A DNA stretch of 64,000 bases from assembly GCA_045125955.1 (NCBI GenBank), contig JBGVNV010000106.1:667-64666 (forward strand), read 5' to 3'. The notes beneath the pieces were generated by a model, which was given only the letters and a program-made list of their open reading frames with translations, did not search any database and was not told where the DNA came from. The DNA comes from Faecousia sp. (GTDB taxonomy: Bacteria > Bacillota > Clostridia > Oscillospirales > Oscillospiraceae). Below are positions 46,995 to 54,916 of the stretch, in pieces; position 1 is the stretch's first letter; the number at the start of each line of letters is the position of its first letter. The position numbers and the translations under genes were made by a program.

Positions 46995-47030
46995 TGTATG
47001 ATGATTTACAACTTCATATTTTATCATACA
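46995..47030. promoter_or_regulatory. inverted repeat TGTATGAT-N20-ATCATACA upstream of the COG0523 gene (candidate operator)
   Basis: 8-nt perfect arms, 21 nt upstream of the COG0523 start codon. Confidence 0.25.
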
Positions 47031-47170
47031 GAGCTGCACTTTGCAACCGTTTTCACGGAAATATCGTGGATGGGAGTGGGGTAAGGTCCCGAAGTACGAG
47101 AGGAAACGGTAGATTTCCGATGGGGAATGTGGTATGATGGACGCAGAAAAATTTTGAGAGGGTCATAAAC

Positions 47171-48832
47171 ATGCAGAAACAGAAAACCGCGGCACGCAAT
47201 TATGCCATCATCGCAGCTGTTCTGATGGCAGTCGCCTTTTTGCTGCGCGAAATTTACGAGGACCTGCCCAATGCCATGCTCCAGAGTATTATGTGCCTGA
47301 TCCGGGACACGATCCATATTTCCTTGCTGTTTTCCTGGGTGGTATCCGTACAGCGAAGGCTGGTCAACAGGAATGTCCGGCGGCTGATGCTGATGGTGGG
47401 CTGTCTGCTGCTGTTCTGGCTCGTTGACAAGATCGTCAAGTGGGATTTTACCGGCAGTGTGACCCATCCGCTGGTGCGGTACCTGTGGTACGGTTTCTAT
47501 GTGGGAATGCTGTTTGTCCCCACTCTGGGTGCCTTCATCATCAACTACCTGGGAAAGCCCGAGGACTATTCCCACCCGAAGAAGCTGAACTACCTGCTGA
47601 TCCCACCTACGGTGATGCTGATCGCGGTCTTCACCAACGATCTGCACCAGAAGGTCTTTGTGTTCTACAATGGCTTTATCAACTTTGATCTGGAATATGG
47701 CTATGACTGGGTGTACTACATCGTCATGGGCTGGTTCATCGTCATGGGCTTCTATTTTGTGGTGATGATGCTGGTGAAGAGCCGGGTCCCCGGCAGCCGG
47801 AAGCTCCAGAAGATGCCCGTGGCCATCATGACCTTTGCGGCGTTCTTCTGGCTGGGGTACAGTATGCGGCTGTACAACTGCGACCTGACCATCATGGACT
47901 GCCTGATCATCGTGCTTTTGCTGGAAAGTGCCATTCAGAGCGGTCTGCTGCCGTCCAACACCCGGTATCAGGAGGTCTTCGACAGCACCACCGTCCCGGT
48001 GCAGATCGTGGATCGGGATTATCAGCCCCATTATGTGTCCGGTGCCGCTCTGCCGGTGTCTGAAGCGCAGATGCGCCAATCGGCAGTGGGCACCGTGGAT
48101 CTGGGCGACGCGCTTCTGAGCAGCGCGCCCATCAATGCAGGCCATGTGGTGTGGCAGAACGACATTACCAAGCTCAATGAGCTGCGCTCCCGGCTTCAGA
48201 GTACCCTGGAACAGCTGGGCGAGGAAAATACCCTTTTGCAGGCGGAGCTGGAGCTGAAGGAGAAACGGGCCAAGGCGGACGAACAGAACCGCCTGTACGA
48301 CCGGATCGCCAGCGAAGTGGAGCCGCAGCTCATCAAGGCGGAGCAGCTGCTTCACCGGATCGAGCAGGAGCCGGAGAACAACCGAAATCTGCTGGCAAAG
48401 CTCTGTGTGCTGGGTTCCTTTATCAAACGCCGGGGCAACCTGCTTCTGCTGGGGGAGGAGAACGGCGTGATCCAGGCAAGAGAATTGGAATACTGCATCC
48501 GGGAATCGATGGACAATCTGAATCTGTCCGGTGTGTTCACTTCCTTCAGCAGCCGCTGTGATGGGCAGCTGCAGCTGAAATCCATTGTGGCGGCCTATGA
48601 CTTCTATGAGCAGCTGGTGGAGCGGTTCCTGGACGAAATGGCAGCCATGATGGTCAATCTGTCCTGTACAAAGGGCAAGATCCGCATGAACATTCAGATG
48701 GGCTGCACCGGAGAGATCACCCAGCAGGTGCTGGAGGATCTGGAGCTGCCCCTTGGGCGCGTTACTTATGAGATCATGGATGAGGACATCGTCCTGGATC
48801 TGACCATTACGGAAGGAGGCGGCGAAGCATGA
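47171..48832 (+). CDS. 7-8 TM sensor with a degenerate histidine-kinase-like C-terminus (pseudo-kinase)
   Basis: Polytopic N-domain and a coiled coil. The DHp-like helix reads RIASEVEPQL (no His), and there are no clear G1/G2 boxes. ATGA overlap with the next gene. Confidence 0.7.
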   Translation: MQKQKTAARNYAIIAAVLMAVAFLLREIYEDLPNAMLQSIMCLIRDTIHISLLFSWVVSVQRRLVNRNVRRLMLMVGCLLLFWLVDKIVKWDFTGSVTHPLVRYLWYGFYVGMLFVPTLGAFIINYLGKPEDYSHPKKLNYLLIPPTVMLIAVFTNDLHQKVFVFYNGFINFDLEYGYDWVYYIVMGWFIVMGFYFVVMMLVKSRVPGSRKLQKMPVAIMTFAAFFWLGYSMRLYNCDLTIMDCLIIVLLLESAIQSGLLPSNTRYQEVFDSTTVPVQIVDRDYQPHYVSGAALPVSEAQMRQSAVGTVDLGDALLSSAPINAGHVVWQNDITKLNELRSRLQSTLEQLGEENTLLQAELELKEKRAKADEQNRLYDRIASEVEPQLIKAEQLLHRIEQEPENNRNLLAKLCVLGSFIKRRGNLLLLGEENGVIQARELEYCIRESMDNLNLSGVFTSFSSRCDGQLQLKSIVAAYDFYEQLVERFLDEMAAMMVNLSCTKGKIRMNIQMGCTGEITQQVLEDLELPLGRVTYEIMDEDIVLDLTITEGGGEA

Positions 48833-50097
48833 TGCTCTATTCTCAGCTTTCCATTCCCGGAAAATCTGCCGTCATCCTGAGCCTTTTCCTGGCGGTGTGC
48901 ATCGGCGGCTGTCTGATCGGTGCTGTCCTTCGGCACAAGGGAATCGTGCATAAGATCCTGCTTCCTGCGAGTGTTTTGTTGATTGCGGTGCCGATGATCG
49001 TCTACACGGGGGAAGCCAGAGCGAATCTGCGTTCGCTCGAAGTGCCGGCGGTCTCGAGGTGGTTCTGCTCCCAGCCGGTGCTGCTGCCTGTGGGGCTGTT
49101 GCTGCCGATTCTTTTGTATTACGGATATTTGTGGTATGAGGATTGGCAGTTCCGCAAAACGACCATCACCCGTTCCTCCATTAAGGAGGGCGTGGATAAG
49201 ATCGCTTCCGGTCTGTGCTTCTATATGACCGGCGGCAGAGTGATCCTGGCCAACAGCTGTATGAACGATCTGAGCCACCGGATCGTGGGCCAGGACCTGC
49301 AGAATGCGGAAGCGTTTTGGCAGAGCCTCAGCGGAGGCGAGGTACTGCCCGGTGTGGAGCGCATTTCCTTTGGCGTGTATCCCAATTTCCGCCTGAGCGA
49401 CGGCAGCGTGTGGACCTTTTCCAGGGAAGAACTGGATGGCTTTATTCAGCTGACCGCTGCGGATACGACGCTCCAGCAGAATCTGACCGACGAGCTTCGG
49501 GATAAAAATCTGGATCTGGCGGCGCTGAATCTGCGTCTGCGCCGATACAGTGAGAATGTGGATGAACTGACACGGGAAAAAGAACGCCTGGAAACAAAAG
49601 TGCGCATCCACGGTGAATTGGGACAGGCACTGCTGGCGGTCCGGCGTTATCTGGTGGATCAGAGCCAGCAGGCACCGCCGCTGAACATCTGGCGCAATAA
49701 TATCGCCATGCTCCGCAAGGAGATGGTGGAAAACAAGTCCGAGGATCCGCTGCGGATCCTTCAGAAGGCTGCAAAGTCTGCCAGTGTCATGCTCTGTATC
49801 CGGGGACAGCTTCCACAGAAGCCGGAGTACCGTCGGTTCTTCCTGGTGGCCGCATCGGAGGCACTGACCAACGCCGTGTTCCACGCAGGCGCACGAACGC
49901 TCACGGTCGAGCTGACTGAGACGGAGGATCATTGGAGGATGTGCTTTACCAATGACGGCTCCAGGCCGGAGAAGACCGTCACCGAAGGCGGCGGTCTGGG
50001 TTCCCTCCGACGCAAGGCAGAGAGCATCGGTGCAGCTATGCAGGTTCTGAGCGAGAGCGAATTTGCGCTCATCATCACGGGACGAAAGGGGTGTTAA
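48829..50097 (+). CDS. membrane sensor histidine kinase (HisKA_3-like)
   Basis: H-box VRIHGELGQAL, N-box EALTNAVFHA, and TNDG/GGGLGSL G-boxes. Confidence 0.8.
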   Translation: MMLYSQLSIPGKSAVILSLFLAVCIGGCLIGAVLRHKGIVHKILLPASVLLIAVPMIVYTGEARANLRSLEVPAVSRWFCSQPVLLPVGLLLPILLYYGYLWYEDWQFRKTTITRSSIKEGVDKIASGLCFYMTGGRVILANSCMNDLSHRIVGQDLQNAEAFWQSLSGGEVLPGVERISFGVYPNFRLSDGSVWTFSREELDGFIQLTAADTTLQQNLTDELRDKNLDLAALNLRLRRYSENVDELTREKERLETKVRIHGELGQALLAVRRYLVDQSQQAPPLNIWRNNIAMLRKEMVENKSEDPLRILQKAAKSASVMLCIRGQLPQKPEYRRFFLVAASEALTNAVFHAGARTLTVELTETEDHWRMCFTNDGSRPEKTVTEGGGLGSLRRKAESIGAAMQVLSESEFALIITGRKGC

Positions 50098-50100
50098 GAG

Positions 50101-50730
50101 ATGATCAAAGTCATGATCGTGGAGGACGATCCCATGGCTCAGAAGCTGCTGGAGATCTTCGTCAGCGAAACCGGGAGATTCGAGGTGGCCCATGCCATCG
50201 AAAGTGCCGCAATGGCGGAATTTTACTGCATGACCCATCCCATTGACCTGATCCTGATGGATGTCTGCACCGCCATGAATGTCAGCGGTCTGGAAGCTGC
50301 CGAGAAGATCAAGAGCCGCTTTCCGCAGATCAAAGTCATTATCATCACCAGTCAGCCGGAGTGCAGCTTCCTTGACCGGGCCCGTGCCGCAGGCGTGGAG
50401 AGCTTCTGGTACAAGACGGCCTCCGCCGAGGAGATCCTGACCGTCATGGACAAAACCATGGCAGGGGAGCGGATCTATCCGGACAATACCCCCAGCCTGA
50501 AGCTGGGCGATGCGGCCAGTGAGAAATTTACCGACCGGGAGCTGGAGGTGCTGCGGCTGGTGGTGGCGGGAGAGACCGATGCTGCCATTGCAGAAAAGCT
50601 TTTCCTGTCCGTGCGCACGGTAAAGCAGCACATCCAGTCCATGCGCGACAAGACCGGCTTCCGAAACCGCACGGAGCTGGCTGTCCGGGCCAGAGAAAGC
50701 GGCCTGGTCATCAACGATAAAACAGAATGA
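50101..50730 (+). CDS. NarL/LuxR-family response regulator
   Basis: Receiver (IVEDD, LILMDV, IIITS, WYKT) plus a LuxR helix-turn-helix (LTDRELEVLRLVVAGETDAAIAEKLFLSVRTVKQH). Confidence 0.9.
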   Translation: MIKVMIVEDDPMAQKLLEIFVSETGRFEVAHAIESAAMAEFYCMTHPIDLILMDVCTAMNVSGLEAAEKIKSRFPQIKVIIITSQPECSFLDRARAAGVESFWYKTASAEEILTVMDKTMAGERIYPDNTPSLKLGDAASEKFTDRELEVLRLVVAGETDAAIAEKLFLSVRTVKQHIQSMRDKTGFRNRTELAVRARESGLVINDKTE

Positions 50731-50743
50731 TCCCTGCACATAG

Positions 50744-50777
50744 GTGCCACCCGACCGGGTGGCACTTTTTGCGTTTT
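50744..50777 (+). terminator. intrinsic terminator after the response regulator
   Basis: gtgccaccc-gacc-gggtggcac followed by TTTTTGCGTTTT. Confidence 0.7.
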
Positions 50778-50880
50778 CAGTGAAAAGCATGCACGAAAGT
50801 ACGATGTGAAAAAATGGAAGAGCTGATAAAATGAACATGTAAAATACTCTTCGTGAGAATGGAAGATTGGAGGGATAGCC

Positions 50881-51267
50881 GTGCGAAAGATCGTTGTGAG
50901 CATCCAGAACGGCCTCCTGGCGGAGGCACTGACAAGCTTGCTGCAGCTTTCCGGCGAGTTCGAGCCATATCGTGCTGCGGTGGATAAAAACAAGCGGACG
51001 GTGAGTGCCTGTGTGGCCTGCCATGCAGATCTGGTGCTGATGGAGGTGACCCACACGGCCCACGCGAATCTGGAGGGAAGACTTCACGAGGGAGAGCAGA
51101 TCCGTCAGTTGGTCCCCGGCTGCAAGATCGTGCTGCTGTGTGACGAAAATGTATCCCCTGACATCGCCAGGGAAGTGGTGGCGGCGAAAAAATCCGGCCG
51201 GATCGATGCCTTCTACTATTCCTCCGTCACGGGAAAATATCTGGTGGCTGCGCTGTATGCGCTGTAA
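50881..51267 (+). CDS. aspartate-less receiver-like protein, paralogue 1
   Basis: Aligns with the adjacent true receiver. EDD becomes IQN, LILMDV becomes LVLMEV, and WYKT becomes YYSS. The GTG start follows GGAGGG. Confidence 0.65.
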   Translation: MRKIVVSIQNGLLAEALTSLLQLSGEFEPYRAAVDKNKRTVSACVACHADLVLMEVTHTAHANLEGRLHEGEQIRQLVPGCKIVLLCDENVSPDIAREVVAAKKSGRIDAFYYSSVTGKYLVAALYAL

Positions 51268-51282
51268 GGAGTGATTAAGAAC

Positions 51283-51555
51283 ATGCAAGGACCATTAAAG
51301 GATCATTTGGTGGAGCATCACGACGGGGAAGGGGTTTATTTTACCAGGACCTGCACCGTATGCGGCGCAGTCTGGAAGAGTGCTGCCCGCCCGGGCCTGG
51401 ATCGCAGTGCCGCCGGGGAGGAGGCCATCCGGCAGACCCATATTTGTCCGTTCTGCGGCAGAGCGGTATGCAAGGGCTGCTACACAGACGTGGATGGGAT
51501 CGCGCTTTGTGTCCGGTGCGCCGAACGGCTCACAGAGAGGATTGGGAAGCTATGA
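51283..51555 (+). CDS. Cys-rich (8 Cys) zinc-ribbon/B-box-like small protein
   Basis: CTVCG...CPFCGRAVCKGC...CVRC. An alternative GTG start exists at 51271. Confidence 0.55.
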   Translation: MQGPLKDHLVEHHDGEGVYFTRTCTVCGAVWKSAARPGLDRSAAGEEAIRQTHICPFCGRAVCKGCYTDVDGIALCVRCAERLTERIGKL

Positions 51556-51890
51556 AGCGGATTTATGTAAGCATTCACAACAGTCTGCTTTCGGCAGCGA
51601 TCATCCGAAGCCTGGAGGGCCAGGGTGAATTTTCCGTTGTTGGCACGGTGGAGGGTGCGGATATCGTGCTGATGGAAGCCTGCTATGGGGCAGGGGCCAG
51701 CCTGGACGAGTGCCTGGAGAAGGTAAAGTCCCTGGGTCCCGGATGTGCAGTGGTGATGCTCTGCGATGAAAATTCCGCACCGGGGGTCGCACGACGGGTG
51801 GTCCAGGCCAAGAAAGACGGTCTGATCGACGACTTTGTCTATTCCTCCGTCAGCGAGACGTACCTGACAGCATTGCTGTCTGCACTGTAA
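51552..51890 (+). CDS. aspartate-less receiver-like protein, paralogue 2
   Basis: About 40% identical to paralogue 1 by eye: VSIHNSLL, DIVLMEA, MLCDENS and VYSSVS. ATGA overlap with the Cys-rich gene. Confidence 0.65.
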   Translation: MKRIYVSIHNSLLSAAIIRSLEGQGEFSVVGTVEGADIVLMEACYGAGASLDECLEKVKSLGPGCAVVMLCDENSAPGVARRVVQAKKDGLIDDFVYSSVSETYLTALLSAL

Positions 51891-51905
51891 AAAGGAGGCA
51901 TGTAT

Positions 51906-53447
51906 ATGAAAAAAAGAATTGCTGCGCTGGCTCTTTCGGGAGCATTGCTGCTGAGCGGCTGCGGCGGCGGAGCAGCCCCGGACGGGACCACCGTCCTCAC
52001 CGAACCCCCGGTCCACACCACCGCTCCCACGGAAACCACGGCCCCCGTGCAGACCGTTCCCCCGGAGACGGAGCCGGTCATCGCGGACGATGCCCTGAGC
52101 CTGCTCCGGGCGGACATGAAGCCCCACATGGCGGCTCTGGGCTATTTGGGCTATTGCGATCTGGAAAAATACGATTCTCCCATGTCGTATCTGCAGGGCG
52201 AGTTCCCCAACTACCTGGCCTCCAACGCCTACCTGTCCGGGATCGATAAGGTCTACGGCAATTACGGCAGCCTCTACTGCGTGGTCCCGAAAGACCCCGA
52301 TGCAAGGGTCACCGTCAACCATGTGAAGTTCGAGGGCGAGTACCCCTACGAGCATCTCCAAACCATCGAAGCCGATGCCCCCGGCGAGCCCTTCTTTGTG
52401 CTGTGCATCGTGGATGAGGAGACGCTGCTGGAGGTCATCATCACCGAACCCGATGGACGGACTCTGCGCTGGTATCCCACCATTTCCGAGCTTTACTGCA
52501 AGGGGACCCGGCTGACCTCCTCCTATCTGGTGGCGGACTACGGTCCCTACGAGGATCTCCCGGAGGCGGATCCCGCCAACGCGGACAAGGCCCTGGATGC
52601 CCTCCGGGCGGATATGGTTGTGCCCGTCGCGGCCCGGGCCATGCTTGACCACTGGGACGAGATGTCCGGCAAGGACCCCATCGAATATGCCCGTGAGATC
52701 TATCCCAAGTTTTTTGCCGAAAATGCGTTCCTGGCGGAGGCGCAGAAATGCTATGGCGGAAGCGGCAGCATTTACTGCGTGGTGCCCCGGCTGCCTGATA
52801 CCGCTGTCACCGTGAATGTGGTCAGCACCGACGGTGAATATCCCTACCAAAAGCTGGAGAGCCTTGATTCCCATCCCAATGGTGAGCCCTTCTTCGTTCT
52901 GTCGGATCTGGACGAGACCAGAATGCTGGAGATCATCTTCACCGAGCCGGATGGTCGGACCCTTACCTGGTACCCCTACTGGAACGAGGTCCAGGGTGAT
53001 ACCAAGGTCGTGGCACCAGAGAGCCTGATGACGGGCATCTCGGCCCCCTCGGAGCGGACCTTCCGGGATACCCTGATGAGCTACGGCTGGGTCGTGCCGG
53101 AGCTGAGCCAGATCGACGGCACCTGCTGGGAATCCCGGTACTATAGCTACGGTCTGGATCTTTTCTCCGGCGGCGAGGCCATCCTCTATGACATCACCTA
53201 TGACGAGGATTTCAACTGCCTTTATTCCGTGGGCTACCGGGGTGTGTGGCTTTTCGACAACGGCTATCTGACCCTGACCATGCGCCCGGAGGAGGGCACC
53301 GACTACACTGCCTTTACGGGCACCTATCCGCTCCTGCTGGCCTCCTACGGCGAGCTTTGGATCGGTCGCAGCGAGGCCGACGGCACCGCACTGCCCTACA
53401 TCCCGGCGGGCTTCGAGGGTGACGATCTGTCACCCACTGTGGGCTGA
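51906..53447 (+). CDS. lipoprotein with an internal tandem domain duplication
   Basis: Lipobox LLLSGC. Residues ~63-193 and ~229-361 are clearly homologous (LRADM...YCVVP...VTVN...GEYPY...GEPFFVL...TEPDGRTL.WYP). Confidence 0.7.
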   Translation: MKKRIAALALSGALLLSGCGGGAAPDGTTVLTEPPVHTTAPTETTAPVQTVPPETEPVIADDALSLLRADMKPHMAALGYLGYCDLEKYDSPMSYLQGEFPNYLASNAYLSGIDKVYGNYGSLYCVVPKDPDARVTVNHVKFEGEYPYEHLQTIEADAPGEPFFVLCIVDEETLLEVIITEPDGRTLRWYPTISELYCKGTRLTSSYLVADYGPYEDLPEADPANADKALDALRADMVVPVAARAMLDHWDEMSGKDPIEYAREIYPKFFAENAFLAEAQKCYGGSGSIYCVVPRLPDTAVTVNVVSTDGEYPYQKLESLDSHPNGEPFFVLSDLDETRMLEIIFTEPDGRTLTWYPYWNEVQGDTKVVAPESLMTGISAPSERTFRDTLMSYGWVVPELSQIDGTCWESRYYSYGLDLFSGGEAILYDITYDEDFNCLYSVGYRGVWLFDNGYLTLTMRPEEGTDYTAFTGTYPLLLASYGELWIGRSEADGTALPYIPAGFEGDDLSPTVG

Positions 53448-53481
53448 GCAATTTTGAAAAAAAGAAAGAGGAGAATGAATT

Positions 53482-54897
53482 ATGGGTCTTATCAAAGCAA
53501 TCACCGGTGCCGTCGGCGGCGTTCTGGCGGATCAGTGGAAGGAGTTTTTCTACTGCGATGCGCTCGATTCCGACACCCTGATGGTCAAGGGCCAGAAGCG
53601 CGTTTCCGGCCGCAGCTCCAACACTAAGGGCAGCGAAAATGTTATCAGTAACGGCTCCGGCATCGCCGTGGCCGATGGCCAGTGCATGATCATTGTGGAT
53701 CAGGGCAAGATCGTGGAGTTCTGCGCCGAACCCGGTCAGTTTACCTACGACACCTCCACCGAGCCCAGCATCTTCACCGGCGACCTGGACGATGCCATCA
53801 TGGACACCTTCCAGGACATCGGCCGCCGCTTTACCTACGGCGGCGACACCGGCAAGGATCAGAGAGTTTATTATTTCAACACCAAGGAGATCATGGGCAA
53901 CAAGTTCGGCACCCCCAGCCCCATCATCTTCGAGGTCATGAACAAGCGTATCGGCTTCAGCCGGACCGTCAATGTCCGCTGCAACGGTGTCTATTCCTAC
54001 CACATCACCGACCCGCTGCTGTTCTATACCAAGGTCTGCGGCAATGTCAAGGACCGCTTCACCCGGGATATGATCGACGAGCAGCTGAAATCTGAGTTTA
54101 TCTCCGCCCTCCAGCCCGCCTTCGGTGCTCTGGCCGAGCAGGAGCTCCGCCCCGCCCAGCTTCCCGCCAAAGCCAATGAGCTGAAAAAGGCCATGAACGA
54201 TGCCCTGGCGGCGGATTGGGTCTCCCGCGGCATCACCGTCGCCAGCATTGCCCTGAATCCCATCACCCTCAACCCCGAGGACATGAAGAAGATCCAGCAG
54301 CTGGAGGATGCCGCATCCGTCGGCTCCAATCCCTTCATGATGGCGGGCCTCCAGGCCACCGCCACCGCCAATGCCATGGAGGCCGCGGCTTCCAATTCTG
54401 CCGGTGCCATGACGGGCTTCATGGGCATGAATATGGCAGGCTCCGCCATGGGCGGCGGCTTCAACAATGCCCAGCAGTTCTACCAGATGGGCATGCAGCA
54501 GCAGGCCCATCAGCAGGCAGCGGCTCCCGCCCCTGCCCAGAACGGCTGGAAGTGCGCCTGCGGTGCCACGGCAACCGGCAAGTTCTGCCCCGAGTGCGGC
54601 GCGAAGAAGCCCGAACCCCAGGCGGCAAATGGCTGGAAGTGCAGCTGCGGTGCCACCGCCACCGGAAAATTCTGCCCCGAATGCGGCAGCCCCAAGCCTG
54701 CGGACAACGGCAGCTGGTCCTGCTCCTGCGGTCAGCAGAACAAGGGCAAATTCTGCTCCAATTGTGGCAGCAAAAAGCCTGCCGGCGTTCCCCAGTACCG
54801 CTGCGACAAGTGCGGCTGGCAGCCCGCCGACCCCACCAAGGCACCCCGGTTCTGCCCCGAGTGCGGCGATCCCTTTGACAACGGCGACATCATCTGA
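53482..54897 (+). CDS. SPFH-domain (COG4260/YdjI-like) protein with a Q/A/M-rich linker and four C-terminal zinc ribbons
   Basis: The N-terminus MGLIKAITGAVGGVLADQWKEFFYCD is typical of COG4260 SPFH proteins. The C-terminus has 3x GWKCxCG..TGKFCPECG-type ribbons plus one CDKCG...CPECG. Confidence 0.85.
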   Translation: MGLIKAITGAVGGVLADQWKEFFYCDALDSDTLMVKGQKRVSGRSSNTKGSENVISNGSGIAVADGQCMIIVDQGKIVEFCAEPGQFTYDTSTEPSIFTGDLDDAIMDTFQDIGRRFTYGGDTGKDQRVYYFNTKEIMGNKFGTPSPIIFEVMNKRIGFSRTVNVRCNGVYSYHITDPLLFYTKVCGNVKDRFTRDMIDEQLKSEFISALQPAFGALAEQELRPAQLPAKANELKKAMNDALAADWVSRGITVASIALNPITLNPEDMKKIQQLEDAASVGSNPFMMAGLQATATANAMEAAASNSAGAMTGFMGMNMAGSAMGGGFNNAQQFYQMGMQQQAHQQAAAPAPAQNGWKCACGATATGKFCPECGAKKPEPQAANGWKCSCGATATGKFCPECGSPKPADNGSWSCSCGQQNKGKFCSNCGSKKPAGVPQYRCDKCGWQPADPTKAPRFCPECGDPFDNGDII

Positions 54898-54916
54898 GTT
54901 TTGAGGAGGTAAAAAT

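Noticed and set aside
45523-47001. Plus-strand 492-aa ORF and minus-strand ORF 45756..46319 (poly-T/M/I/V strings) over the His-rich region.
   Set aside because: They are alternative readings of the CAC/CAT/GAG repeat DNA. Only the COG0523 frame has flanking GTPase and C-terminal domains.
46975-47170. A riboswitch or structured leader between the COG0523 gene and the 7TM sensor.
   Set aside because: I could not match the sequence to any riboswitch consensus I know (czcD/NiCo, c-di-GMP, SAM, TPP). Only the 8-nt inverted repeat is reported, and at low confidence.
48766-51288. 840-aa minus-strand ORF spanning the HK/RR/pseudo-receiver genes, plus 53314..55146, 58406..59902 and 61365..62897 on the minus strand.
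   Set aside because: These are the same kind of shadow-ORF artefact. The plus-strand genes have RBSs, tight spacing and recognisable domains.
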